Source: a virus (taxonomy: Duplodnaviria; Heunggongvirae; Uroviricota; Caudoviricetes). From it: a stretch of 64,000 bases of DNA. Shown piece after piece: positions 55,006 to 64,000 of this stretch. The DNA lies in IMG/VR virus record IMGVR_UViG_3300034107_000364; one strand, 5' to 3'. The notes below the pieces were generated by a model. It made no database searches and was not told the DNA's origin. It saw nothing but the letters and a program-made list of their open reading frames with translations. The translations under genes and the position numbers were made by a program. Each line of letters starts with the position of its first letter. Position 1 is the stretch's first letter.

Positions 55006-55718
55006 TGGCAGACGAACTTGTTCAAGATAATTTAAGAGACCAACATTGGTTAGGAGAAGTTGTTGTAAATGAAGATCCTTTACTTAATGGAAGATGTCGC
55101 GTTAAGGTATACGGGAAATTTGATAAACTTACAGATGATGCAATTCCATGGGCAACGCCTATGAATAGAGATGCAGTAGGTTCTCATAATGTACCAAGAG
55201 TTGGCGATATAGTTGCAGTTAGATTTGATAATGGTAACTTATATCATCCTGAATATTGGTTTCAAATAGATCAAAATAAAGATTTAAAATCGGATATATT
55301 AGAAGCTTCTGATGCACCTCACGATGTTGTCAGTTTAGTATATGACTCAGTTCGTAATATTAGAATTTATCATTCACCCGAAGATGGTTTAGTTATCACT
55401 CGTGGAACTGGTGCAAAAGAAAGACCTATGATTCAAATAGATGAAGAGGGATTTATTAAGATAAGCACAGACGCTAAGATATTCTTAGACTGTGGTGATA
55501 TATTTGTCTCAAACACCGGTGAACCTGGTGCAGATGAGACAGAACCGGCAGTTAGAGGTCAATCTTTACAAGATTGGTTGCAAATGTTTTTAGATGATTA
55601 TAACGCACATATTCATCCAACGGGAGTTGGTCCATCTGGACCTCCAATGCCACCTACACCAACTACTGTAGGTAAATTATCGAGTACTCACATTAAGTAT
55701 CAACAAAAAGGTAAATAA
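55005..55718 (+). CDS. Baseplate central spike (gp5/VgrG OB-fold)
   Basis: GEVVVNEDPLLNGRCRVKVYG.....IPWA...VPRVGDIVAVRF; C-terminal HIH tip motif. Confidence 0.85.
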   Translation: MADELVQDNLRDQHWLGEVVVNEDPLLNGRCRVKVYGKFDKLTDDAIPWATPMNRDAVGSHNVPRVGDIVAVRFDNGNLYHPEYWFQIDQNKDLKSDILEASDAPHDVVSLVYDSVRNIRIYHSPEDGLVITRGTGAKERPMIQIDEEGFIKISTDAKIFLDCGDIFVSNTGEPGADETEPAVRGQSLQDWLQMFLDDYNAHIHPTGVGPSGPPMPPTPTTVGKLSSTHIKYQQKGK

Positions 55719-55720
55719 TT

Positions 55721-57553
55721 ATGCCAGCACTATGGCCATCTTTCATACCAGCACTAGCTGGTGATATAGCAGGACAATCGTTTACAAAAGCGGGCGGTGC
55801 TTTAGTGTCTTATGCTTTACCTAAAGTTGGTAAAGATCAAGTACCTATTTTTCCTCCGTCACCTGAGTTAATTGAATCTCTTAAACCGGGAAATCCACTA
55901 AATGCTGACTTAAGTATTAATCCATTAGATTTAATTAATGCAATAAATTTAAATCCATTAAGTGGTAGATATGATTTTGGTGTAAGAGTAGCTGAACGAT
56001 ATATTGCAGCTGTTAAAGGTTTGGCTATGACACCATTTGGTGCAACGCATACTAATAATGGAGCTGCAGAATTTTTATTAAAACAGGGTTATGGTTTGGT
56101 ATTCGAAAGAATATTAAAAGAGGGTGATATTCCATTACAAGATCAAAAAGATAAAGATGGGAAAATAATTAAGATGGGAAAGGAATCACATCCAGCATAT
56201 GCTGATTTTTGTCCAGGACCTATCGCTATGCCAGATCCTGTCGAAGAAGAGAAAAAACAAAATAAGAAATTTAATAAATTTATTGAGAAGTTTAAAACAG
56301 ATCCAGCAATGGACCTTAAACAATTTAAATTCTTTCAGTTTCATTGCTTAGATGGTAAAGAAACTCAAAGTGATTTTATACAACTTATAGTAAATAGATT
56401 ACTACAGCAATTTGAAACCTATACAAAGACAGATGACATGTGGGATTATTTTTCATGGGTTGACAGTTTAGGTAAAGAGAGATATAAAAATATTACTGGT
56501 ATTAATCTTGGTGGAAGCGATTTTAATAGTTTAAAACCATATCCAAATATTCCAACCGGTGTTAGATCTTCTATAAATAAAGCTGGTTATAAATGGGAAG
56601 AAGTAGCCGATGGTGTTAGAAGTCTTTTTTTAAAAACATTAGAACCAGTATTTCCTGTATATGAAAAGATAGTTAGTAATACAAATACTAAAATTACTGA
56701 TTGGGAAAAAAGAATTAAGAATGGTGCAAAAGCTCCTATTGTTAAACCTTGGCCATTTGATCCTGCTGAAAATGCAGAGTGTCCTTTAAATAGATATAAG
56801 ATTCAAGTTTCTTTTAATAGAGAACATAATCCACCAGACAATCCTAGTAAAAGACCAGAAATTTTAACTGATCAATTCATTACTACGTTTTCATATGACA
56901 AATCAACTAAAAAATCATTTATAGATTCTTTAAAAACTATTGAATGGTATGATAAAGATACTAATTATACAAACACACATTATAAGTTAGTTGAATATGA
57001 TACATGGTGGATGAAAGTACCTGATGCTATTAATACTGTTAGGCAACCTGAGGATATGGTTAAAATTGATCCAAAATTAGGTGGTACAAATTTTAAGTTT
57101 CAAAGACAAGAAGTAATAGATGCTATTGCAGCAGCAAAAGAATGTGATGACGTTGAAGCAGATAGTGGTATAGATTATACTTGGCCAGGTGGAGATCCAT
57201 ACGAAGAAATGGCAGAGATAACTATTGCATATTGGTATGCATGTATTGTAAAACCATTTGCACCAACACCAGCTGCTTTACCAGCTTTAATACCTGCACC
57301 ATTAGGTGGAATTTACATACCAATTTATTATGGAGGTAAAAAGAGATTAGCTAATAATTTAAGAAAGGCTTGGAATAGTGGTAAAGCATTTGCAACTTTG
57401 CCAGTGCCTGCACCGCCAGCATTAGTAGTTGCTACAGCAGTAGCAGCAGCATATGCTTTGCATTTATTAGAATTTAAATTATTATACTTAGGTGGTATAC
57501 CAACACCGGCAGGCCCAGTGCCAATGGTGGGTATAGTTCCTGTAGTATTCTAA
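55721..57553 (+). CDS. Putative baseplate-associated structural protein
   Basis: Follows the spike; Pro/Ala-rich N- and C-termini. Confidence 0.5.
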   Translation: MPALWPSFIPALAGDIAGQSFTKAGGALVSYALPKVGKDQVPIFPPSPELIESLKPGNPLNADLSINPLDLINAINLNPLSGRYDFGVRVAERYIAAVKGLAMTPFGATHTNNGAAEFLLKQGYGLVFERILKEGDIPLQDQKDKDGKIIKMGKESHPAYADFCPGPIAMPDPVEEEKKQNKKFNKFIEKFKTDPAMDLKQFKFFQFHCLDGKETQSDFIQLIVNRLLQQFETYTKTDDMWDYFSWVDSLGKERYKNITGINLGGSDFNSLKPYPNIPTGVRSSINKAGYKWEEVADGVRSLFLKTLEPVFPVYEKIVSNTNTKITDWEKRIKNGAKAPIVKPWPFDPAENAECPLNRYKIQVSFNREHNPPDNPSKRPEILTDQFITTFSYDKSTKKSFIDSLKTIEWYDKDTNYTNTHYKLVEYDTWWMKVPDAINTVRQPEDMVKIDPKLGGTNFKFQRQEVIDAIAAAKECDDVEADSGIDYTWPGGDPYEEMAEITIAYWYACIVKPFAPTPAALPALIPAPLGGIYIPIYYGGKKRLANNLRKAWNSGKAFATLPVPAPPALVVATAVAAAYALHLLEFKLLYLGGIPTPAGPVPMVGIVPVVF

Positions 57554-57599
57554 AAAATGATAGGATATATAATATGTTACACTTTTAATATAAAAATAA

Positions 57600-58907
57600 A
57601 TGAACACAGAAAAAAACAAAAGAGTTAGACTTGGTGAATCTAAAGCCAAAGAAAACACAAAAGAAGAGTCTGATTTGTCGCTAGACTTTCTTAAAAAAAT
57701 GGCAGGAATTCCAACATCTAAAGAGGATTCTCTTGCTACATTTTACGACAAAGACGGAAATTTTATGTGGGATGCTTATGAAGCAGATTGCCCATCTAAA
57801 CTTAGAAAACCAAATCCTCACATTAAAACTCAAAACGGAGACAAAGTTTATTCAAGAGAGTCATACGCACAAGAGATGTATGATAAACTTATATCATTCG
57901 ATAGTTCTCAAGGTGTAATGGTATCTGACTTAACTGTTGGAGAAATTCTTAATGGTAAAATCTATGCAGTAAGTCATGATTTTATTAGTGTTGATGTTGG
58001 TTACAGAGAATTAGTATATGTCAAGTATGACAAGGAACCTTCTGAAATTCAATCATTAAAACCAGGTGATGAAACTGCTGTATTGATTACACAATTTGGA
58101 AATAATTCACATGTGTTAGGATCAATTAATGGCGGTGTTAAACACAAAGTATTCATGGATCTTAGAGAAGCTGTTGAAACCGGTGGAACTGCATGGGTAG
58201 GTAAAGTTACAAATATGATTGAGAATGGTGGTTACATGGTGACAGTTCAAGGAATTGAATGTTTTATGCCAGGATCACTCGCAGGTATTAATAAATTACA
58301 CGATTTTAGTTCTATTATTGGAACAGAAATGTATGTTGTCCCTGTAAGTTTCTCACCAGAAAGAGGTACGCTAGTAGTTTCTCATAGAAAATATTTACAA
58401 GCTTTAATACCTCAAGAAATTGAAGATTTAAGAGCAAATCAAGGTGCAACAATTACAGGTAATGTAACAGGTTCTGCTAAATATGGTGTGTTTGTTGAAT
58501 TTAATGGATGTTTAACGGGTATGATTCATAGTAATGACTTAGACGAAGAAACTACAGTTAAGTTTAAAGCTAGACAAATTTTACCAGGTGATGAAATTGA
58601 ATTCATCGTTAAAGATATTATTAGTGATACTAAAATTACACTTACTCAAAAAGCAAATTCTGTATCCAATCCTTGGCATGATATTGCTTCAAGATACCAG
58701 ATTCCTTCTGTGATTCAAGCAACTGTAAAAACTAAAAAAGATTACGGTTTGTTTATTACAATTGAAGAAGGTGTAACTGGACTGTTGCATGTTAGTGAAG
58801 TTGGAGAAGATATTATGGAGGTATTTAAAAACGGAGATCCAATCACCGTACAAATTACACGAATTGATGTTGATTCAATGAAAGTATTTTTGAAAATGCC
58901 TCAATAA
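57600..58907 (+). CDS. Ribosomal protein S1-like multi-S1-domain protein
   Basis: About four S1 repeats: GG..V..GIECFMPGS...VVSHRKYL; YGVFVE..G.LTGMIH; YGLFI....GVTGLLHVSE. Confidence 0.8.
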   Translation: MNTEKNKRVRLGESKAKENTKEESDLSLDFLKKMAGIPTSKEDSLATFYDKDGNFMWDAYEADCPSKLRKPNPHIKTQNGDKVYSRESYAQEMYDKLISFDSSQGVMVSDLTVGEILNGKIYAVSHDFISVDVGYRELVYVKYDKEPSEIQSLKPGDETAVLITQFGNNSHVLGSINGGVKHKVFMDLREAVETGGTAWVGKVTNMIENGGYMVTVQGIECFMPGSLAGINKLHDFSSIIGTEMYVVPVSFSPERGTLVVSHRKYLQALIPQEIEDLRANQGATITGNVTGSAKYGVFVEFNGCLTGMIHSNDLDEETTVKFKARQILPGDEIEFIVKDIISDTKITLTQKANSVSNPWHDIASRYQIPSVIQATVKTKKDYGLFITIEEGVTGLLHVSEVGEDIMEVFKNGDPITVQITRIDVDSMKVFLKMPQ

Positions 58908-58961
58908 CTATTGCACCGAGAGTGTGATATATATTGAAACGATAAATATCATAATCTTAAT

Positions 58962-60269
58962 ATGCAAAAGCTAACTTACGATTCTCCTAGAGAATCAATA
59001 TTGAACGCAGCACTTATGGGTGTTGAGTTTGAATTCTATTCTAATCTCGATCTAGAAGAAACCAGAAAATCTTTGGTTAAACTTCTAGATCGAAAAATTA
59101 GGTTAGAAGATAAGGCCCACTCTGAATTTCAGCCTTCCGCTGAAGAATTCAAAATGGAACCTGATATGTCTGGTGGTAAAGGTTTAATTGAATTGGTTAC
59201 TGGACCAATACCTTACAGAAATGCTAGAATTATGGTTATTAAGATGCTTAAATGGATATCGGAAAATGGATATACTACTGATAGAGCATCTATTCACATC
59301 AATTTATCGTTCGATAAACAATTTCTACAAGATAAAGATCTTCTTTCTAAGATGAATGTTCTTAAATTCATTTTAGAGTTTGATGAAAAACAGGTTTATA
59401 AGTTTTTCCCAAACAGAGAAAAATCTGCTTATGCTAAAAGTATTAAGTGGGTAATGCCAAAATGGGAAGCATTCCATTTTGATGCTAATCAAATTGCTTC
59501 AAATAATTTTAAATTTGCTGACACTAAATATTATGGAATTAACTTCTCTAAAAAAGAGAAAAACTATCTTGAATTTAGATATTTAGGTGGAGCAGATTAT
59601 GAAAAGAAAGTAGATGATATTTTATATCTAACTGAAAGATTTTTAGCTCAAATGTGGAAGTCATGTAATGATGCTAGATTTACTCCTGAAAATAAAATAG
59701 AATTACAAAAAATCTTAAATAAGAATAAGCCGGTTTCTGATATGCTTAAAGATTATACAAAAGTCGCAGAACATTGGCCTAAAATTAAGATCTTAGCAGA
59801 TTTACAAGATACTCCTATTATTATAAAGGTGCATTGGGACAGATTTAAAATGAGAGTAATGGATTTGTTAGTAAATGGATCTATGACTGAGGGTACTATT
59901 AACTATGATTCAGATTACGGTGCAGTTCAAGTAAAGGATGGTAAATTCCCAACTGTTTATATGTTAGAGAATTTTGAATTTATTGATTGTGAACTTGCTG
60001 GTAATTTAACTAATTGTAGTTTTTACAATTGTGAAGTTTCAGGTTCTGCTGTTATGTGGGGAAGTTTATATCAAGGTACTAAAATAAAAGACTCTAAGGT
60101 TGAGTCTAGTTATACACACGGAAGTTGTGAATTAACCAACTGTTATGTTGCTGGTAGAGATACTATGTTTAAAGGCAAAATGATAGGTGGAATATTTAGA
60201 GAAGGTTTCATAAGTGATTCGGCTAGATTCGAAGAAACGGAAGTAGTAGTAAGTAAAAAAATAAAATAA
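58962..60269 (+). CDS. Putative amidoligase-family protein with C-terminal repeat region
   Basis: GVEFEF, ELVTGP, SIHINLS, KYYGIN, YLEFR. Confidence 0.65.
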   Translation: MQKLTYDSPRESILNAALMGVEFEFYSNLDLEETRKSLVKLLDRKIRLEDKAHSEFQPSAEEFKMEPDMSGGKGLIELVTGPIPYRNARIMVIKMLKWISENGYTTDRASIHINLSFDKQFLQDKDLLSKMNVLKFILEFDEKQVYKFFPNREKSAYAKSIKWVMPKWEAFHFDANQIASNNFKFADTKYYGINFSKKEKNYLEFRYLGGADYEKKVDDILYLTERFLAQMWKSCNDARFTPENKIELQKILNKNKPVSDMLKDYTKVAEHWPKIKILADLQDTPIIIKVHWDRFKMRVMDLLVNGSMTEGTINYDSDYGAVQVKDGKFPTVYMLENFEFIDCELAGNLTNCSFYNCEVSGSAVMWGSLYQGTKIKDSKVESSYTHGSCELTNCYVAGRDTMFKGKMIGGIFREGFISDSARFEETEVVVSKKIK

Positions 60270-60273
60270 TAAA

Positions 60274-61116
60274 ATGGGTCAAATTATAAGCGGTTCAAAT
60301 AATGATTTAACTACTGGAAGAAGTTTCAGTGCGAATTGTTTAAATGCATTTCTTGATGAAATAGCAGACGAAATTACAGGAGCTTGTATGGTTCCAGTTA
60401 ACTTACCACAAAAAGAGATTATTAATATAATTAAGAGATCTAAAAAATGGTTCTATAAAAAATATGAGTATGCTGTAAAAGAAAATCTTTATCATATTCC
60501 AAATGACGTATTTTCTTCTGAATATTTTAAAAACACTAGAACTCTTAATTTACCAGGCCCAGGCATTGATGGTGGAGGTGGAGTTTATTCTGTATATGGA
60601 TTATATGACTTAGCTTCTGGATTTGGTGGTCAAGGTGGTGGATTGGATCTTAGATTTCAATCAGGCGGTGATTTCTCTATGGAAAGAATGTTATTTAGAG
60701 GTATGTATGAAGGTTCTGGTATGGCTGAGGCTGCAGAAGAATTACAATACTATGTATTGAATGCATCTATGGCAGATCTTTCTAGACAGATCTTAGAAAA
60801 TCCCATTTCTTATGCATATTCACAATTAACTGGAGAACTTAAGTTTTTAGGTGATACACCTAAAGGTGATGTGATCTTAGAAATTTATGAAACAATTCCA
60901 GATTGTGCTTTATATGACGATGAAATTTTCTTTAGATATGTTAGTGCTAAAATCAAACAATCATTAGGTACTAAGTTAGGTATTTTTAAATTTGCTTTAC
61001 CGGGTAACGTTGATTTTGATTATGATGCTATCAAATCCATGGGAGATGATGAACTTACAGCTATTGAAGAGGAAATCAAAGGAGATGAAGGTGTGGATTG
61101 GATGATGCATACATAA
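60274..61116 (+). CDS. Neck/head-completion protein (T4 gp13-like)
   Basis: C-terminal KQSLG..LG.F...LPGNV......I...G..EL..IEEEI pattern; context. Confidence 0.6.
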   Translation: MGQIISGSNNDLTTGRSFSANCLNAFLDEIADEITGACMVPVNLPQKEIINIIKRSKKWFYKKYEYAVKENLYHIPNDVFSSEYFKNTRTLNLPGPGIDGGGGVYSVYGLYDLASGFGGQGGGLDLRFQSGGDFSMERMLFRGMYEGSGMAEAAEELQYYVLNASMADLSRQILENPISYAYSQLTGELKFLGDTPKGDVILEIYETIPDCALYDDEIFFRYVSAKIKQSLGTKLGIFKFALPGNVDFDYDAIKSMGDDELTAIEEEIKGDEGVDWMMHT

Positions 61117-61137
61117 ATAAAGAAGATACATACATAG

Positions 61138-61494
61138 ATGGAATTATATATAAAATACCCAACTGATCCTAATTACGACGAAAACCAGGTTCAAACTAAT
61201 AGTGAAATAGAAATGTTAATCACACAGATTCAAACTGCTCTATTTACTAATACGAGAGAAGTTATGGGTTCTGAGAATTTTGGATGTAATTTGGAAACAC
61301 TTATATATGATTTAAATGTTAATGAATATAATATAGTTTCTACAATAACTGATCAGATAAATCGATATTGCCCCTTAGCTAATAAGTATAACTTTAATGT
61401 AGATGTTACATTTATGAAGGGTGAAGTTAGAGATATTGCATTTATAGATATTTCAATAGATGGCAGATATTCTATAAAAATAAGTATGTTATAA
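61138..61494 (+). CDS. Baseplate wedge protein (gp25-like)
   Basis: LFT...EVMG..NFGCNLE..IY. Confidence 0.75.
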   Translation: MELYIKYPTDPNYDENQVQTNSEIEMLITQIQTALFTNTREVMGSENFGCNLETLIYDLNVNEYNIVSTITDQINRYCPLANKYNFNVDVTFMKGEVRDIAFIDISIDGRYSIKISML

Positions 61495-61510
61495 AAAAGT
61501 AAATACAATA

Positions 61511-63340
61511 ATGGCTGAATTAAAATTTTTAAGTAGAATTAGAACAGGTGCAGCTGACATCAGACAAGATGCTCAGACGTATATTTCTAGGGTCTACAGT
61601 AGAGCTAATACTCTATTTACGGTGGCTTCACCGTTTGCCCAAATAATTTCAGTATTATCTGAAATATCTGATTTAATTATGTTCTACATTGAAGATTCAG
61701 TAGTAGAACAAAACATATATACTGCTCAACAAGCAGAATCTATATATGGTATGGCTAGATTAACTGGTCATGATGCTACTAGAGGATTTGCTGCAACGGG
61801 TGAGATTGAATTTAGATGGAAACCCGGAGCAGATATGTCAAAGATTGCTGGAAATACATTAAATATACAATCTAGAGCTCAACTAAAATTTGATGCAAAT
61901 GGATTAATGTATACTCTTTTAAATTCTAACGATAGTTTTAAATTAGAAAAAACAAATTATACATCTATTAAGACTGCTATTATTCAAGGTAAGTTTGAAT
62001 CACAGACATTAACTTCTAGTGGTGAAAAATTACAATCATTTAGTATTAATACCGGTGGTATAACAGATCATACTAAAGTAAGTGTTAGTGTTAATGGAGA
62101 ACTTTGGACAAAACATCAATCTTTATATGATTTAGGTTCTGAAGAAAAAGCATATTTAGTTAAGACTGGAATTAGTGGAGGTTTAGACCTTTATTTTGGT
62201 AACGGAAGTTTTGGAATGGTACCACCCAATGGTGCTACAATCGAAATAGAATATGTAAAGCATAGTGGAATGACAGGTAATTTAGATGATTCACCTGATT
62301 TAACTATTAAATGGGACGCAGTTGGTACTGATTCAAATGGTAATGAGCATGATCTAAATCAATTTTTAGACGTAACTATTACTTCATCGCCTAAAATGGG
62401 TGGTGATAGAGAAGATACCAGATTTACAAAGATTATGACACCAATGGCAAGTAAGTCTTTTGTATTAGCAACTCCTGATAATTATGAATACTTCTTATCA
62501 AGATATAATATGTTCTCTTATATAGATGCATATAATACAACTGACGACCAATATTTGGACGATGATAATGTTATTTATATTTTCGCAGTTCCTGATATTA
62601 AAAAGAAACTTGCAAAAAACCAAGATTATTTTAATATTCCACAATCTGAAATGTTTTTAGATCAAGGTGAATATGATGCAATGCATAAGGTATTAGAAGA
62701 TAGCGGACAACAAATGGTAACTACCGAAGTTGTTTTTGTTAAACCTCAAGTAAGATATTACAGTATGGATATTAACATTAGATATTTTGAAGGTTACACT
62801 AGAGATGAAATATACAATGCGGTTAGAGCTAAAGTTTCTGAATATTTATTGAGTATCACACGAAGAGATAAATTACCTAAATCTGATATAGTTTATATTT
62901 TGGAAGAAGTTGCAGGAATTGATGCAGTGAATGTTAGATTTATTTCTGAAACTGAAGAAACTGCATTAAGAAATGGTTACTTTGAATCTGTTAATGTAAG
63001 CGTTGTACCACAAGAACCCGTAACACTTGAAACTGTTGGAAATGGTAAACAAAAATACGTTTTCTTTAAAAGAATCGAAGATGTAAAAGTAGTACCCGTT
63101 AAATATTCAATGGATATACCTGATACTGTAAAAGGATTGGATCAATGGGGTGATATTATAATGGAGAAAGAAGAAGTTGCTGTATTTAGAGGTGGATGGT
63201 TAGATAGAGATGGTGATGTTATCGAAGATGATGTATTAATGAATGCTGAAGCTGCAGTTAGTATTAACTTTGAAGCAGATCCTGTACCTAGAACAATTTA
63301 CACTAGAATACAAGCTGGAAATAGAAAAGCACTTAAGTAA
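61511..63340 (+). CDS. Baseplate wedge protein (gp6/baseplate J-like)
   Basis: E..I.TAQ...SIYG.A...G; YFGNG.FG..P; GG...E; T..NYE. Confidence 0.8.
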   Translation: MAELKFLSRIRTGAADIRQDAQTYISRVYSRANTLFTVASPFAQIISVLSEISDLIMFYIEDSVVEQNIYTAQQAESIYGMARLTGHDATRGFAATGEIEFRWKPGADMSKIAGNTLNIQSRAQLKFDANGLMYTLLNSNDSFKLEKTNYTSIKTAIIQGKFESQTLTSSGEKLQSFSINTGGITDHTKVSVSVNGELWTKHQSLYDLGSEEKAYLVKTGISGGLDLYFGNGSFGMVPPNGATIEIEYVKHSGMTGNLDDSPDLTIKWDAVGTDSNGNEHDLNQFLDVTITSSPKMGGDREDTRFTKIMTPMASKSFVLATPDNYEYFLSRYNMFSYIDAYNTTDDQYLDDDNVIYIFAVPDIKKKLAKNQDYFNIPQSEMFLDQGEYDAMHKVLEDSGQQMVTTEVVFVKPQVRYYSMDINIRYFEGYTRDEIYNAVRAKVSEYLLSITRRDKLPKSDIVYILEEVAGIDAVNVRFISETEETALRNGYFESVNVSVVPQEPVTLETVGNGKQKYVFFKRIEDVKVVPVKYSMDIPDTVKGLDQWGDIIMEKEEVAVFRGGWLDRDGDVIEDDVLMNAEAAVSINFEADPVPRTIYTRIQAGNRKALK

Positions 63341-63621
63341 TGGCATTATTTGATAATTTATTTGGATACAGAAGAGTTAGAAGATATGACAGTGTAAAAA
63401 TTAGAAAAGATTCTAGATTGCACACTGGATATGACTATGAAAATTTACCACCAAGTGAATTCATAGGTAGAGCTTTGTCTGGTCACATTCAAAGAAATGA
63501 AACCATTAGATATTTCTTAATGTTTTTAGATGACAATTTAAAGACGTTATTAAGAGGCGTTAGATACCTTAAGAACTATAAAAATTATACCGTCAAAGAA
63601 GACGATAACCAAACTAGATAA
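63340..63621 (+). CDS. Hypothetical baseplate-region protein
   Basis: 93 aa, coupled to the gp6-like gene. Confidence 0.55.
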   Translation: MALFDNLFGYRRVRRYDSVKIRKDSRLHTGYDYENLPPSEFIGRALSGHIQRNETIRYFLMFLDDNLKTLLRGVRYLKNYKNYTVKEDDNQTR

Positions 63622-64000
63622 TGTACGATAATTTAAGATTTTTTAGGGGATTAGAATATGACTTGAATTTCGAGAAAGACGAATTCGATGTATATGAAGG
63701 TACTGTTCATTTGTCCCAAGTTTCTGCAGGTTTGTATGAAACTGTTAACTTATTCATCGTAGAAGAATGTATCTTTAATGGTGATCCTAATATTAATTTT
63801 CCTACGGCAGAAACTTCTAGCCCTACTAAATTTATATTTGAATGGGAACAAACCAATAAATTTGATAGCACATCAATCATTTTATATGATATTGATAATA
63901 CTGGAAATATTCCTACTATCAAAGAATTAAAGTCGCAAACAATTGATTTATTAAATAATTCAAATACGAATTCTATTGTAGATGGTGTTAAATATTTAAA
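63621..64000 (+). CDS. Structural protein, 3'-truncated by the window edge
   Basis: ATG overlaps the upstream stop; MYDNLRFFRGLEYDLNF... open to the end of the window. Confidence 0.65.
   Translation, partial: MYDNLRFFRGLEYDLNFEKDEFDVYEGTVHLSQVSAGLYETVNLFIVEECIFNGDPNINFPTAETSSPTKFIFEWEQTNKFDSTSIILYDIDNTGNIPTIKELKSQTIDLLNNSNTNSIVDGVKYL

Noticed and set aside
1-64000. Stop-codon reassignment as seen in some large Bacteroidota phages
   Set aside because: Recognisable genes are full length in the standard code, and TAG/TGA terminate genes at sensible ends (e.g. 28093, 39031, 17600)

Overview
This AT-rich window is coded almost entirely on the + strand. It looks like part of a large T4-like (contractile-tail) phage genome. 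A Bacteroidota host is inferred from the bS21 gene, A-rich ribosome-binding regions without Shine-Dalgarno motifs and TATATT(A/T)-type early promoters. The layout is: (1) 1-17.2 kb, a fibre/appendage cluster with collagen-like, Ala-rich and Thr/Ser/Trp-rich proteins plus glycosyltransferases, a methyltransferase and a GT25-lysyl-hydroxylase-like fusion; (2) 17-33.7 kb, accessory and nucleic-acid genes (exonuclease, PNK-like kinase, RNA ligase, DnaJ, bS21, PhoH, RNase HII, nucleotidase, UvsE) and a non-coding block with two tRNA-like elements; (3) a 1744-aa tail fibre and a cluster of proteins sharing an 'MKHxKxFEEF' N-terminus; (4) dCMP deaminase and helicase; (5) 48.6-64 kb, tail/baseplate/neck genes with an S1-domain protein. 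The most striking observation concerns two adjacent Thr-rich proteins (8222-10951 and 10991-13150). They are reverse complements of each other at the protein level in an aperiodic W/Y versus Q/H/R code over about 690 residues. A Hint (intein-like) domain sits exactly where the N-terminus of the second protein would meet the first. All annotations come from reading motifs by eye; no database searches were run.
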